Assembly (NCBI GenBank): GCA_963703955.1
Contig: CAVPGK010000018.1
Coordinates: forward strand, 32,001-96,000
DNA length: 64,000 nucleotides
Source: Nitrospirota bacterium
Lineage (GTDB): Bacteria > Nitrospirota > Nitrospiria > Nitrospirales > Nitrospiraceae
Reading direction: 5' to 3'
Each line of letters starts with the position of its first letter. The first letter of the stretch is position 1. The notes beneath the pieces were generated by a model. It was not told the origin of the DNA. It made no database searches and was given only the letters and a program-made list of their open reading frames with translations. This document shows, in pieces, positions 28,954 through 37,721 of this stretch. A program made the translations under genes and the position numbers.

Positions 28954-31833
28954 ATGAGCACAGACTTTGATCGACAGGCACTCGTCAACATCTTTGTCAA
29001 TGAGGCATCTGATGGACTGGCGAAGCTTTGGGCCGCTCTCAACCCGGAGGGCGGTCATGACGTGACCAGAGCCGCCGTTCACGACCAATTCATTGTGGCC
29101 CATACTTTGAAAGGGGCCTCCTCGCTCTACGGCTTTACGGGAGTCAGCGCCCTTGCGGAACTCCTTGAGACGGCGCTTGAAGGCACAGACGAGGAGATGC
29201 CTGAGCAGTGGCATTTAAGGGTTGGGATGCTGCGGAGTCTCACGGATGCTCTCCGGACTCAGGTTGAAAAGATTCGACGGGACGGCGTTGAAGATCCCGA
29301 GTGTTGCGAGAAGTGGCAAGGCGACCTCGCGCCGCAAGTGGATCGCGGAGCGGCCTCCAGCGTACCATCGCAGGAGGGCGTGACGCCTTCCTGCGAGTCG
29401 TATCCGGACCACTATCTCAATCCTGAGTTGGATGCGGAGGTGCTCTCGTATTTCGCTCCCGAGGCTCACGAATATCTGGAAGCGATGGAGGCCTCTGTTC
29501 TTCGCCTCGAAAAAGAGCCCGACAACGCCGATATCATTCAGCAACTCTTTCGGAGCGCTCACACGCTGAAAGGATCCGCGCACACGGTGGGATTTAAATC
29601 CATCGGTGACCTGGTCCATCACGTGGAGGACTTCATGGGCGAGATCCGTGAAGGTCGGATGAGCATCACTCCGGAGTTGACGGATCTCATCTTTCGGGCC
29701 GTCGATGTCGTCAAGATCCTGATGAGGCGTGACCCGGGTCTTCTCGAAAAGGCCAGGGCCGAGTTTGGGAGCGTGGTGCAGCGGTTGATTCAGCTCAAGC
29801 CAGCGGACCCCGGCGCGGCTCCGGTGAAGGCGTGGGCTGGAGAGACTCAGAGTGTTCCACAGCCACAACGACTCGAGGCATCCGACGCGGACCGTCGCTC
29901 AGAAAGCGAGCGGCGCAAAAACACCGAGGCCAAGATCGGGGAAGAAAGCGCCGTCATTCGGGTCAGCCGAGACCGCCTGGAGCGCCTGCTGAATCTCGTG
30001 GGCGAGCTCGTGATCAGTCGAGGTCGATTGGAGCAGCGTCTTCTGGCTCTCGAGCAACTATCGGATCAGCTGCTCATGTTCAAGGGACGCATGCTGGACG
30101 CCGTCCGTATGTTTGAAGAGAAGCACGCATTCACCTTGCCGGCGGCATCGCCGGCGCAGGCCTCACCGAACATGACCGAGTTTCAAGGACTGACGGATTT
30201 TGGCGGCCTCGAGTTCGATCGGTACGATGATTTCAATATTCTCGCACGGCGGATGGGTGAAGTCTCGGCCGACGTCGGTGAGTCCATGTCACAGCTCAGC
30301 GGCTCGATCCGCAAAGCTCGTGAAGACATGAGTCAGCTGCAACGACTGACCCTCGGCATGCGGGATGAAATCGCCCGCGCCCGCATGGTCCCCATCGGGA
30401 CTCCCTTCACGAGGTTCCGTCGTGCGGTCCGTGAGATGGCCAGGGCAACAGGGAAGAATGTGACGCTCATGATCTCCGGTGAGCACACAGAAGTGGATAC
30501 CGGAGTCGTCGAGCGTCTCGTCGATCCGCTCATTCATTTGGTGCGCAATGCGGTATACCACGGCATCGAACCGATGGCTATTCGGGTTGCCCATGGAAAG
30601 CCGGAAGCCGGCACCGTGTATTTGCACGCCGCCCACCGCGGAAGTTCCGTCGTGATCGAAGTCGAAGACGACGGTGGAGGAATCGATATCGGGAAAATCA
30701 AGACCAAAGCGGTGTCGCTCGGGTTTGTTCGTCCCGAACAGGCTTCGGCGATGTCCGATTCAGAAGCGATGAAGTTCATCTTTATGCCGGGTTTCTCGAC
30801 AGCGGATGAGGTGGGGGATCAGGCCGGCCGCGGCGTGGGCATGGATGTCGTCAAGCGCGCGCTGGAAGGAATGAACGGGCAAATCGAGGTCGAAACGGAA
30901 TTGGGAGCGGGCACGAAGTTTACCCTGCGCCTACCGCTGACGCTGCTGATCTCGATGGCGCTTCTGGTGAGAGTCGGAAGCGAACGCTATGCGTTGCCGC
31001 TCCAGAGCATCCGTGAGGTGGTTCTCCCGTCGGCAGGAGACATTCAAGATGTGGGGGGTCGAGCGGTTCTGCAAGTGGGCGACGAGGCGATCGAAGTCAA
31101 ATCCCTCGGGCCGTTGCTCGGACTGGAGTCAGCCGCCACGAATGGCCCGACGCCGGTCGTGATCGTTCGGACGGCGACGGGGGTGCAGGGCTTAGGCGTG
31201 GATGAGCTATTGGGCCGCCAGGAAATCGTCATCAAGACCCTCAGCAACTTGCGGCCGTTCCTCGAATCGTGTTTTGTGGGGGCAACGATCGATCCTGAGG
31301 GCCACGTCATTCTGGTTTTGGATGTCGGTCGTCTGCTCAGCGGCAATCAACTCGGGGATTCGTTAACGCTTCCTGGACGGATGCCATTAGAAGCTGAGGA
31401 GCCTGAGCCGGAGTTGATTGGGACCGGGCCGCGGGACTTCCGAGAAATCGGCTCGCGCTTGCTCCTCATCGACGATTCATTGAGTATCAGAAAGTTCGTG
31501 GGAAAGATGTTGGAGGGAGCGGGCTACGAAGTCGATACGGCGGTAGACGGGGAGGAAGGGTTACGTAGAGCGTTGGACGGGTCCTACAGCTTGATCATCA
31601 CCGATCTGGAGATGCCGAAATTGAACGGCTATGAGGTCATTCAGGCGCTTCGTGATCGACCGCAAACCAAATCCACGCCGATTCTCGTAATGACCACCCG
31701 AGCGGGTGAAAAACATCGGCAGATGGCGCTCAGCATCGGAGCCACCGGCTATATTGCCAAACCCGTTGAAGAACGAGCCTTAATCCTCGAGGTGGCTCAA
31801 TGGACCGGGCCTGTGAGCCGGGCCAAACGCTGA
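28954..31833 (+). CDS. cheA: hybrid CheA (2 Hpt - dimerisation - HATPase - CheW - REC), ChpA-like
   Basis: AHTLKG twice, HLVRNAVYHGIE, EDDGGG, GRGVGMDVV, C-terminal TDLEMP receiver. Confidence 0.93.
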   Translation: MSTDFDRQALVNIFVNEASDGLAKLWAALNPEGGHDVTRAAVHDQFIVAHTLKGASSLYGFTGVSALAELLETALEGTDEEMPEQWHLRVGMLRSLTDALRTQVEKIRRDGVEDPECCEKWQGDLAPQVDRGAASSVPSQEGVTPSCESYPDHYLNPELDAEVLSYFAPEAHEYLEAMEASVLRLEKEPDNADIIQQLFRSAHTLKGSAHTVGFKSIGDLVHHVEDFMGEIREGRMSITPELTDLIFRAVDVVKILMRRDPGLLEKARAEFGSVVQRLIQLKPADPGAAPVKAWAGETQSVPQPQRLEASDADRRSESERRKNTEAKIGEESAVIRVSRDRLERLLNLVGELVISRGRLEQRLLALEQLSDQLLMFKGRMLDAVRMFEEKHAFTLPAASPAQASPNMTEFQGLTDFGGLEFDRYDDFNILARRMGEVSADVGESMSQLSGSIRKAREDMSQLQRLTLGMRDEIARARMVPIGTPFTRFRRAVREMARATGKNVTLMISGEHTEVDTGVVERLVDPLIHLVRNAVYHGIEPMAIRVAHGKPEAGTVYLHAAHRGSSVVIEVEDDGGGIDIGKIKTKAVSLGFVRPEQASAMSDSEAMKFIFMPGFSTADEVGDQAGRGVGMDVVKRALEGMNGQIEVETELGAGTKFTLRLPLTLLISMALLVRVGSERYALPLQSIREVVLPSAGDIQDVGGRAVLQVGDEAIEVKSLGPLLGLESAATNGPTPVVIVRTATGVQGLGVDELLGRQEIVIKTLSNLRPFLESCFVGATIDPEGHVILVLDVGRLLSGNQLGDSLTLPGRMPLEAEEPEPELIGTGPRDFREIGSRLLLIDDSLSIRKFVGKMLEGAGYEVDTAVDGEEGLRRALDGSYSLIITDLEMPKLNGYEVIQALRDRPQTKSTPILVMTTRAGEKHRQMALSIGATGYIAKPVEERALILEVAQWTGPVSRAKR

Positions 31834-31919
31834 GTCTTCGAGGTGGCGGGGCGATACACCTTGCGGAAGCGAATCCCGTATCGGAAGCAGCGTGATGATT
31901 GGGAGGATGACGCGGCACC

Positions 31920-32540
31920 ATGACCCTCCGTACCCGAACAGAAAAGGCTCAGCCGGCGAGCGGTGTGGATGTTGCATCGTTTTTGCTTGTAACCTGTACC
32001 CATACCCATTTGGCCATTCCTGCCGACATTATCCGAGGCATCGTGAAGCCAGATGACGGTGGAAAAGATGATGCTCTCGCAGTGTTGGGTGCGCATGCCG
32101 ACGTGACCGACCTCGCTGACCGATTTGGTGTGTCGTGCTCATCCTTCTCCTCGGAGGCGAGGATCCTAGTCTGTGGGACGCACGACGCGCGGCGCGCGTT
32201 CCGAGTACACACCATCGTCGGCCTTGAAGACGTCGAATCGACGAGGATCAAACCGCTGTTGCCGCACTTCGGCGGGCCGGAGCGGGAGTGGTTTTCCGGG
32301 ATGTTCCTGTTCCGCGAGACCATTGCGCTGGTCGTCCGGCCGAGTTGGTTACTCAGTGATGACCGGCAGCGTGGTGAGCTATTGGGCAGGCAGTTGACCG
32401 TAAAGCCCGAGCAAGCGCCCCCCGCCCCTGTTCTATCGCGGATAACCGGAGGCCATGTGGCGGGCAGTCTAGGTCAGTTTGATGCTATTGAATTGGAGGA
32501 AGCGACCGATGCGGATGATCTCCCATGGGCGCAGCTCTAG
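31920..32540 (+). CDS. divergent CheW-like protein
   Basis: LAIPADIIRGI, IKPLLPHF..WFSGMFLFRETIALV; operon context. Confidence 0.65.
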   Translation: MTLRTRTEKAQPASGVDVASFLLVTCTHTHLAIPADIIRGIVKPDDGGKDDALAVLGAHADVTDLADRFGVSCSSFSSEARILVCGTHDARRAFRVHTIVGLEDVESTRIKPLLPHFGGPEREWFSGMFLFRETIALVVRPSWLLSDDRQRGELLGRQLTVKPEQAPPAPVLSRITGGHVAGSLGQFDAIELEEATDADDLPWAQL

Positions 32541-32955
32541 GGCCCCGAAAACCATCCCAGTAGTCGTCTTTTCGGTGGGAAGGCGACGGTTGGCCGCCAG
32601 AGCCGAGGAAGTGGGAGGGATCTGGCCGTGGTCTCCTACGATGCCCGTTCCCAGCGGCACCCCCTTTGTCAATGCCCTCATGCGTCGTGGCGATGAGGTC
32701 CTGCCGGTCTTTGATCTGGCTGACAGGTTACGGCTCAAAGTAGAAGAATTTGACCGCCTATGCCTGATTGCCAAGCGGCGAGACGGTCCGATGGCGGTCT
32801 GTATTGATGGAAACATTCCTACGTTGCACGTTCTTGACCCAGATGGCATTCGGTCGGCGGGCAGTGCGGATGCCGATGTCGTCGGAACTTGTCGGATTGG
32901 AGACCATGAGGTGCCGATTTTTTCATTGGCACAGCTAGGACTTTCTCCACAGTAG
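32509..32955 (+). CDS. CheW-like protein
   Basis: VVFSVG, MPVPSGTPFVNALMRRGDEVLPVFDL; GGAGGA RBS. Confidence 0.75.
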   Translation: MRMISHGRSSRAPKTIPVVVFSVGRRRLAARAEEVGGIWPWSPTMPVPSGTPFVNALMRRGDEVLPVFDLADRLRLKVEEFDRLCLIAKRRDGPMAVCIDGNIPTLHVLDPDGIRSAGSADADVVGTCRIGDHEVPIFSLAQLGLSPQ

Positions 32956-33007
32956 GCTACACTTAGAGGGAGAGCATACACCGAGTTTCCAATGTCCAGG
33001 AGGGCAT

Positions 33008-34258
33008 ATGCCGAAGATTCTGGTTGCTGACGATAGTATCACTGTTCGAAAGGTCGCCGAGAGGTTGCTGACGGATGCGGGCTTGGAGGTGGCCTTAGCG
33101 GCCAGCGGAGAGGAAGCCTTGGCGTGGCTCGCAAATGAAAGGCCGGACTTCATCGTCACGGATGTCATCATGCCGGACAAGAGCGGCTACGATGTGTGTA
33201 AATATGTGAAGGCGCATGCGGATCTATCGGATACACCGGTCCTGCTGATTTCCGGCATCGTCAATGAAGACGTGACCCGCAAGGCGGAGTCTTGCCGGGC
33301 TGACGGGGTCCTGAAGAAGCCGTTCCAGGGGGCTTCTCTCCAGGATCGTGTCTTGGAACTTCTTGCGAAGCGAAGTGAGAAAGCATCAATTCCGGATATC
33401 CATGAGGAAGCCGCCCCAGAGTCTAGTCCGGCATCGTCGACGTCTTTTGATCCGGTCCCGCCAGCGCAGGCAGTCGGGGAGGAGACGACGCAGGAGCAAG
33501 TTGCAGCGCCGGCAGTTCCGCCCGCTCCGGGTAGTTCCGCGAGTCCAAAGGTCTTCCGGATCACAGAGGAACAGCTGCAATCCTTCCGCCAATCCGCCAG
33601 TCGGATCAAGGAATTAGAAGCGCAAGTGGAGAGCGAAAAAGCCCGTGCAGAGCGGTTGAGTGAGCAGATGGAAGGAGCCAAACAAAGCGAGTCCCGTGTA
33701 CGTGAACTAGAAACCGCTCTTGCGGAACATCAGCAACGAGCGACGGAGGGACAGCAGCGGGCCGAGGGGAACGATGAGCTCGAGACCCGGAACAAGGAAT
33801 TGGCGTCCTCCTTGGCAGAACAGCAACGACGCCTTGCAGACTTAACCGAACAACTGCATCAGTTTGGCGAATTGGAGAAACGGAACAAAGACCTGGAAGC
33901 CGCGTTGGAGAGTCTGCAGTCACGAGTGTCTCAAGCGGAGCAAGAGGCGTCGGCTTCGAAGGGACCTGAAGATCGCGTCCCGCAGCTCCAGTCGATGATC
34001 ACGGACCAGCAACAACGGCTGTCGGATCTCGCCAACCAGGTCATCAGGTTTAGTGAATCGGAAACGAAGGTCAAAGCCTTGGAAACCTCGTTAGCTAATG
34101 AACAAAGTCGGGCGAATGAAATGGAGCAGCGATGTGCGGATATGGAACGTGCCGCTGCGCGCGCCACCATGAGGTTGGAAGATATAACCAGGCTCTTGGC
34201 GCAGATTGCCCGCCTCGCCTCCAAGCCGGAAGAGACCCAGGACAGCGCATCGTCCTGA
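33008..34258 (+). CDS. response regulator with Pro/Ala linker and long coiled coil
   Basis: VADDS..TDVIMPDKSG..KKPF followed by ~220 aa of heptad-rich E/Q/L sequence. Confidence 0.85.
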   Translation: MPKILVADDSITVRKVAERLLTDAGLEVALAASGEEALAWLANERPDFIVTDVIMPDKSGYDVCKYVKAHADLSDTPVLLISGIVNEDVTRKAESCRADGVLKKPFQGASLQDRVLELLAKRSEKASIPDIHEEAAPESSPASSTSFDPVPPAQAVGEETTQEQVAAPAVPPAPGSSASPKVFRITEEQLQSFRQSASRIKELEAQVESEKARAERLSEQMEGAKQSESRVRELETALAEHQQRATEGQQRAEGNDELETRNKELASSLAEQQRRLADLTEQLHQFGELEKRNKDLEAALESLQSRVSQAEQEASASKGPEDRVPQLQSMITDQQQRLSDLANQVIRFSESETKVKALETSLANEQSRANEMEQRCADMERAAARATMRLEDITRLLAQIARLASKPEETQDSASS

Positions 34259-34301
34259 GTCGTGCCTCGAAGCACGCAGTGAAGTACTGGGGCCTATCCG
34301 G

Positions 34302-35342
34302 ATGTCCAATCATCCCCATGAAGACCAGTTTCTAGAGGAAGTCTTCGGACTCTTTGCCCTTGAGGCTCAAGAGTGGATCGCGCAGTGCAAGACTGCGCTT
34401 CTCGAACTCGAACGCCGACCTTCCGAAGATCGGCAAGAGAAACTATACGAAACAATCATCTGCGGGGTCACGAACTTGGGAGGGTCAGCCGCTACGGTTG
34501 AGCTCCCGGCCCTGGAGAAGCTAGCCTTCGCTTTGCTGCCTCTACTGCAAGTCATGGGAGAGCGGGGCAGCCGTTCTCCTGTCGAGCAACTAGCGGCGCT
34601 CCGGGAAGGTTTGGATGAAATGACCCTCGCGGTCGAACAGCTCGAAGAAACCAAGAACGGGACTGTGCGCGGGCTTGACTCGGTTCTCCAAAGGCTTGCC
34701 AACTCCATCAACTTGCCGTGCGTGCCCGATCCGTCCGAGCAGCCGCCTCTTTCGTCCTCTTCGTCACAGCCGGTGGCGGACATGCCGGTCACGTCCCCGT
34801 CGCAGTCTTCTCTTCTGGGAGCCCTTCATGACCTGGAGCGAAGTCGGTCCGAATCAATGGATCAAACCAGACATGTCGTCGAAGCGGTGATTAGGAAAGC
34901 CAAGACCGAGCATGGTGAGGAACGTAATGGGTCTCACTTCGATGCCCCGACCATCTTACGTATCCTTGAGGAATTAGAGGCGCGAGATGAACAATTTCTT
35001 AAGGAACTTGGCCAGCGACTGCCGACGATCGAGGGTGCTCTGTCCGAACTGAAAGCCGGCATCTCAGAGGCGTGGGGTTCGAATCCTCGGACCGACACCG
35101 TGTTGCAGGAAATTCATCTGCTCCACGAAGCCGCTCGAACCCTGGAAGCGAAGCCCATCATGCTGTTCTTTCACGGTCTCCAGATGTTTCTTGGTGTGAT
35201 ATCACGTCATGGAGTTTCAGTCCTGCCGCAGCGTATCGAAGCGGTCATCTCGCGCCTCAGATCCATTTTGCCGATGGCTCAACAATGGGTTGAGCTCGGA
35301 CGAGACGAGCGAGCAAGCGTCCAAAAGATCGTCCATCCTTGA
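34302..35342 (+). CDS. Hpt-like domain protein (N-terminal domain lacks the phospho-His)
   Basis: LFALEAQEWI..GVTNLGGSAATV aligns with CheA YFAPEAHEYL..SAHTLKGSAHTV; second helical unit QEIHLLHEAARTL. Confidence 0.65.
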   Translation: MSNHPHEDQFLEEVFGLFALEAQEWIAQCKTALLELERRPSEDRQEKLYETIICGVTNLGGSAATVELPALEKLAFALLPLLQVMGERGSRSPVEQLAALREGLDEMTLAVEQLEETKNGTVRGLDSVLQRLANSINLPCVPDPSEQPPLSSSSSQPVADMPVTSPSQSSLLGALHDLERSRSESMDQTRHVVEAVIRKAKTEHGEERNGSHFDAPTILRILEELEARDEQFLKELGQRLPTIEGALSELKAGISEAWGSNPRTDTVLQEIHLLHEAARTLEAKPIMLFFHGLQMFLGVISRHGVSVLPQRIEAVISRLRSILPMAQQWVELGRDERASVQKIVHP

Positions 35343-35544
35343 TCCACAAGTCATCCGGGTTTCTCGTCATCCCTTTCGCTGGGGTTTGATCAATCACCCC
35401 CCTCACCACTACCCTGTATCCTGTATATAGCGGGCGATCCCCTAACAGTCACAAGGCCATGCAAGCTTATGAAATCGCACTCATTCTTGAGCCCAAAAAT
35501 TAAGCAGTCTGCTATTAGCGGCTCATAGCGTACTAAGGTCTGCT

Positions 35545-35590
35545 TGATGCACAAGGTTATCCCCAGGGCATCCACAATTTTTGTGGACAG
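35545..35590. promoter_or_regulatory. cluster of four DnaA-box-like 9-mers
   Basis: TGATGCACA, TTATCCCCA, GCATCCACA (direct) and TGTGGACAG (inverted); another TGATCCACA at 35340-35348. Confidence 0.6.
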
Positions 35591-35662
35591 TCCATAAGGG
35601 TTGGTCGCCGTTTGCTTTTCTCCAGCCGGAATACAGGCTGGCATGATCGAGGGAAGGTTGAG

Positions 35663-35692
35663 GTGCAAATTTCAACCGACTGTTGTTATAAT
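35663..35692 (+). promoter_or_regulatory. extended -10 promoter
   Basis: TGtTATAAT at 35684-35692, upstream of ATG 35768. Confidence 0.55.
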
Positions 35693-35767
35693 CCGCTCCT
35701 GGTTTTCTCACCCAAGCCCCTCTCCTTCTACATGCCCAAAATCATTACCTCCAGGCGACGCGAAGGC

Positions 35768-36268
35768 ATGCACGACAAGGCGCTCGAATATGTGAAGAGT
35801 CACATACTGTTCCCCTCCGGCTTGCTTGGTCTTATTTTCATGGTGTCGGGAATGTCTGCCTTGGCCTACCAATTCATGGCGTTGACCTATGACGGCAAAA
35901 CATTTCTTGAGAGTGTTGGGTTACTGGCGATGGGGGCTGTCCTCGGGTGGGTGCAAACACGGTATCACCAATATGTTCTGCGGGATGACCCCGGTTACTT
36001 TGCCGAAAGAATGCGCGTCTACTCGAGGACCGGGCCAAAGCGTCACCGAAGAGAGCTTAGCGCTCCGGCAGTCGAACATCGGGGAAAACAATTCGTACCA
36101 CTCTATTACCTGCTGGGGGTGGGGCTCTTGGTGGGAGCCTCGGCTTGGACCGCAGTCGTCGGGAACACATATTATGTAGCGGCGTTCCTCATGCCCTGGG
36201 CAGGCTTCTTTTGGGCCAAGACGTTCTTTTGGCGAGGGGTCTTGAGAGAAGTGAAAGGTAAGAAGTAA
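35768..36268 (+). CDS. 4-TM membrane protein of unknown function
   Basis: Two pairs of hydrophobic helices around a basic loop. Confidence 0.7.
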   Translation: MHDKALEYVKSHILFPSGLLGLIFMVSGMSALAYQFMALTYDGKTFLESVGLLAMGAVLGWVQTRYHQYVLRDDPGYFAERMRVYSRTGPKRHRRELSAPAVEHRGKQFVPLYYLLGVGLLVGASAWTAVVGNTYYVAAFLMPWAGFFWAKTFFWRGVLREVKGKK

Positions 36269-36281
36269 AAAGCGGAGGGCG

Positions 36282-37367
36282 TTACTTCTTGCTTTTGCCT
36301 TTTACCTTTTTATTTTGGGATCGATCGCGCGCTTCGAGCGATCGAACTCGGCTTTCGAGGTCACGAACCTGTTGTCTAAGTTCGGGGAGTCGCGGAATGA
36401 CGGCTTGGGCCTTGATGGCGATCTCGTGAGGCATGACCGGAGCGCCGGACACGATTTGATCGGGAGCCAAGCTTCGATTGACCCCTGAGCGCGCCGCAAT
36501 CATCACCCGGTCCCCGACCTCGAGGTGATCCGCCAGTCCCGCCTGCCCCCCTACCATCACATGATGGCCGAGCGTCGTACTTCCGGCGATGCCGACCTGC
36601 GCGACCAGAATGGTGTCCTCGCCGACGGAGACATTGTGCGCGACCTGGACCAGGTTATCGACCTTCGACCCTCGTTTGATCACGGTCCGGCCGAACGTGG
36701 CTCGGTCTACCGTCACATTGGCTCCCAGCTCCACATCGTCTTCGATCACCACGATCCCCAGCTGTGGAATCTTATGATGGCGCCCTTCGTGCTGGACATA
36801 GCCGAAACCGTCGCTGCCGATGACGGTTCCGCTGTGGATGATTACCCGGTTTCCAATGAGGCACCCCTCGCGCACCGTCACGTTGGAATAGAGAATGGTG
36901 TCATCACCCACCACGGTATTCTCTCCGAGAAAAACGCTTGGGTAGAGGGTTACTCGCGCACCGACCTTGGCTCCGTTCCCTAAGGTAACAAATGGCCAGA
37001 TCGAGACATCCGGTCCGATCTCAACGCCCTGTCCTCGTGACACCGGTTCGGTGATGCCTCGAGCCGTGTAAGGGGGAGTAAAGAATTGTTTCGCGATGCA
37101 GGCGAACGCATACGCGGGATGTGGGACGACAATCTGCGGACGTTTCAGGTCCGGGTTGAAGTGGGTCACGACAAACGCAGCGGCTTGGGATGCCAGCGCA
37201 TCCTTCATTAAGCGATCGTTGGCTATGTAGGCGAGATCGCCGCGTTCCGCCTCGTGAAGGCTCGAAAGACCGGACACGATTGTCTCGGCGGATCCAAAGA
37301 CCTTGCCAGAAACCATGCGCGCGATCTCATGGAGTCGTATCGATTGCGATGAAGGGTGTGGGGACAT
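36282..37367 (-). CDS. lpxD: UDP-3-O-acylglucosamine N-acyltransferase
   Basis: Hexapeptide repeats; [37 protein letters not shown]. Confidence 0.93.
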   Translation of the reverse strand: MSPHPSSQSIRLHEIARMVSGKVFGSAETIVSGLSSLHEAERGDLAYIANDRLMKDALASQAAAFVVTHFNPDLKRPQIVVPHPAYAFACIAKQFFTPPYTARGITEPVSRGQGVEIGPDVSIWPFVTLGNGAKVGARVTLYPSVFLGENTVVGDDTILYSNVTVREGCLIGNRVIIHSGTVIGSDGFGYVQHEGRHHKIPQLGIVVIEDDVELGANVTVDRATFGRTVIKRGSKVDNLVQVAHNVSVGEDTILVAQVGIAGSTTLGHHVMVGGQAGLADHLEVGDRVMIAARSGVNRSLAPDQIVSGAPVMPHEIAIKAQAVIPRLPELRQQVRDLESRVRSLEARDRSQNKKVKGKSKK

Positions 37368-37374
37368 GCGCAGG

Positions 37375-37698
37375 CTATCTTTTTTTCTTGGCCGTCGGTT
37401 TTTTTCGAGGCATTGGTTGAGCGGATGGTTTGCGAGTTCGTGCGGGCACCGGGGGAGGGACCCTTTCTTCGACATAGGCGATGACATCGGAGACGGTCAC
37501 CAGTTTGTGCAAGTCCTGATCCGGAATTTGAAGGTCGAACGCTTCCTCAATTCGAAACAATAACTCAATGGTCGCCATTGAATCCAAGCCGAGATCATCG
37601 CGTAACGACTGGCGCGGATGGATCGCGCTAGGCGATCGCTTCAGATAGTCGGCCAGTGCCGTACGGATTCGTCCGTCGATGATGGATGGGATTGCCAT
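37375..37698 (-). CDS. acyl carrier protein with basic Pro/Lys tail
   Basis: DDLGLDSM phosphopantetheine motif, [11 protein letters not shown]. Confidence 0.88.
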   Translation of the reverse strand: MAIPSIIDGRIRTALADYLKRSPSAIHPRQSLRDDLGLDSMATIELLFRIEEAFDLQIPDQDLHKLVTVSDVIAYVEERVPPPVPARTRKPSAQPMPRKKPTAKKKR

Positions 37699-37721
37699 AG
37701 TCGATAACAGCCTCTGATGAA

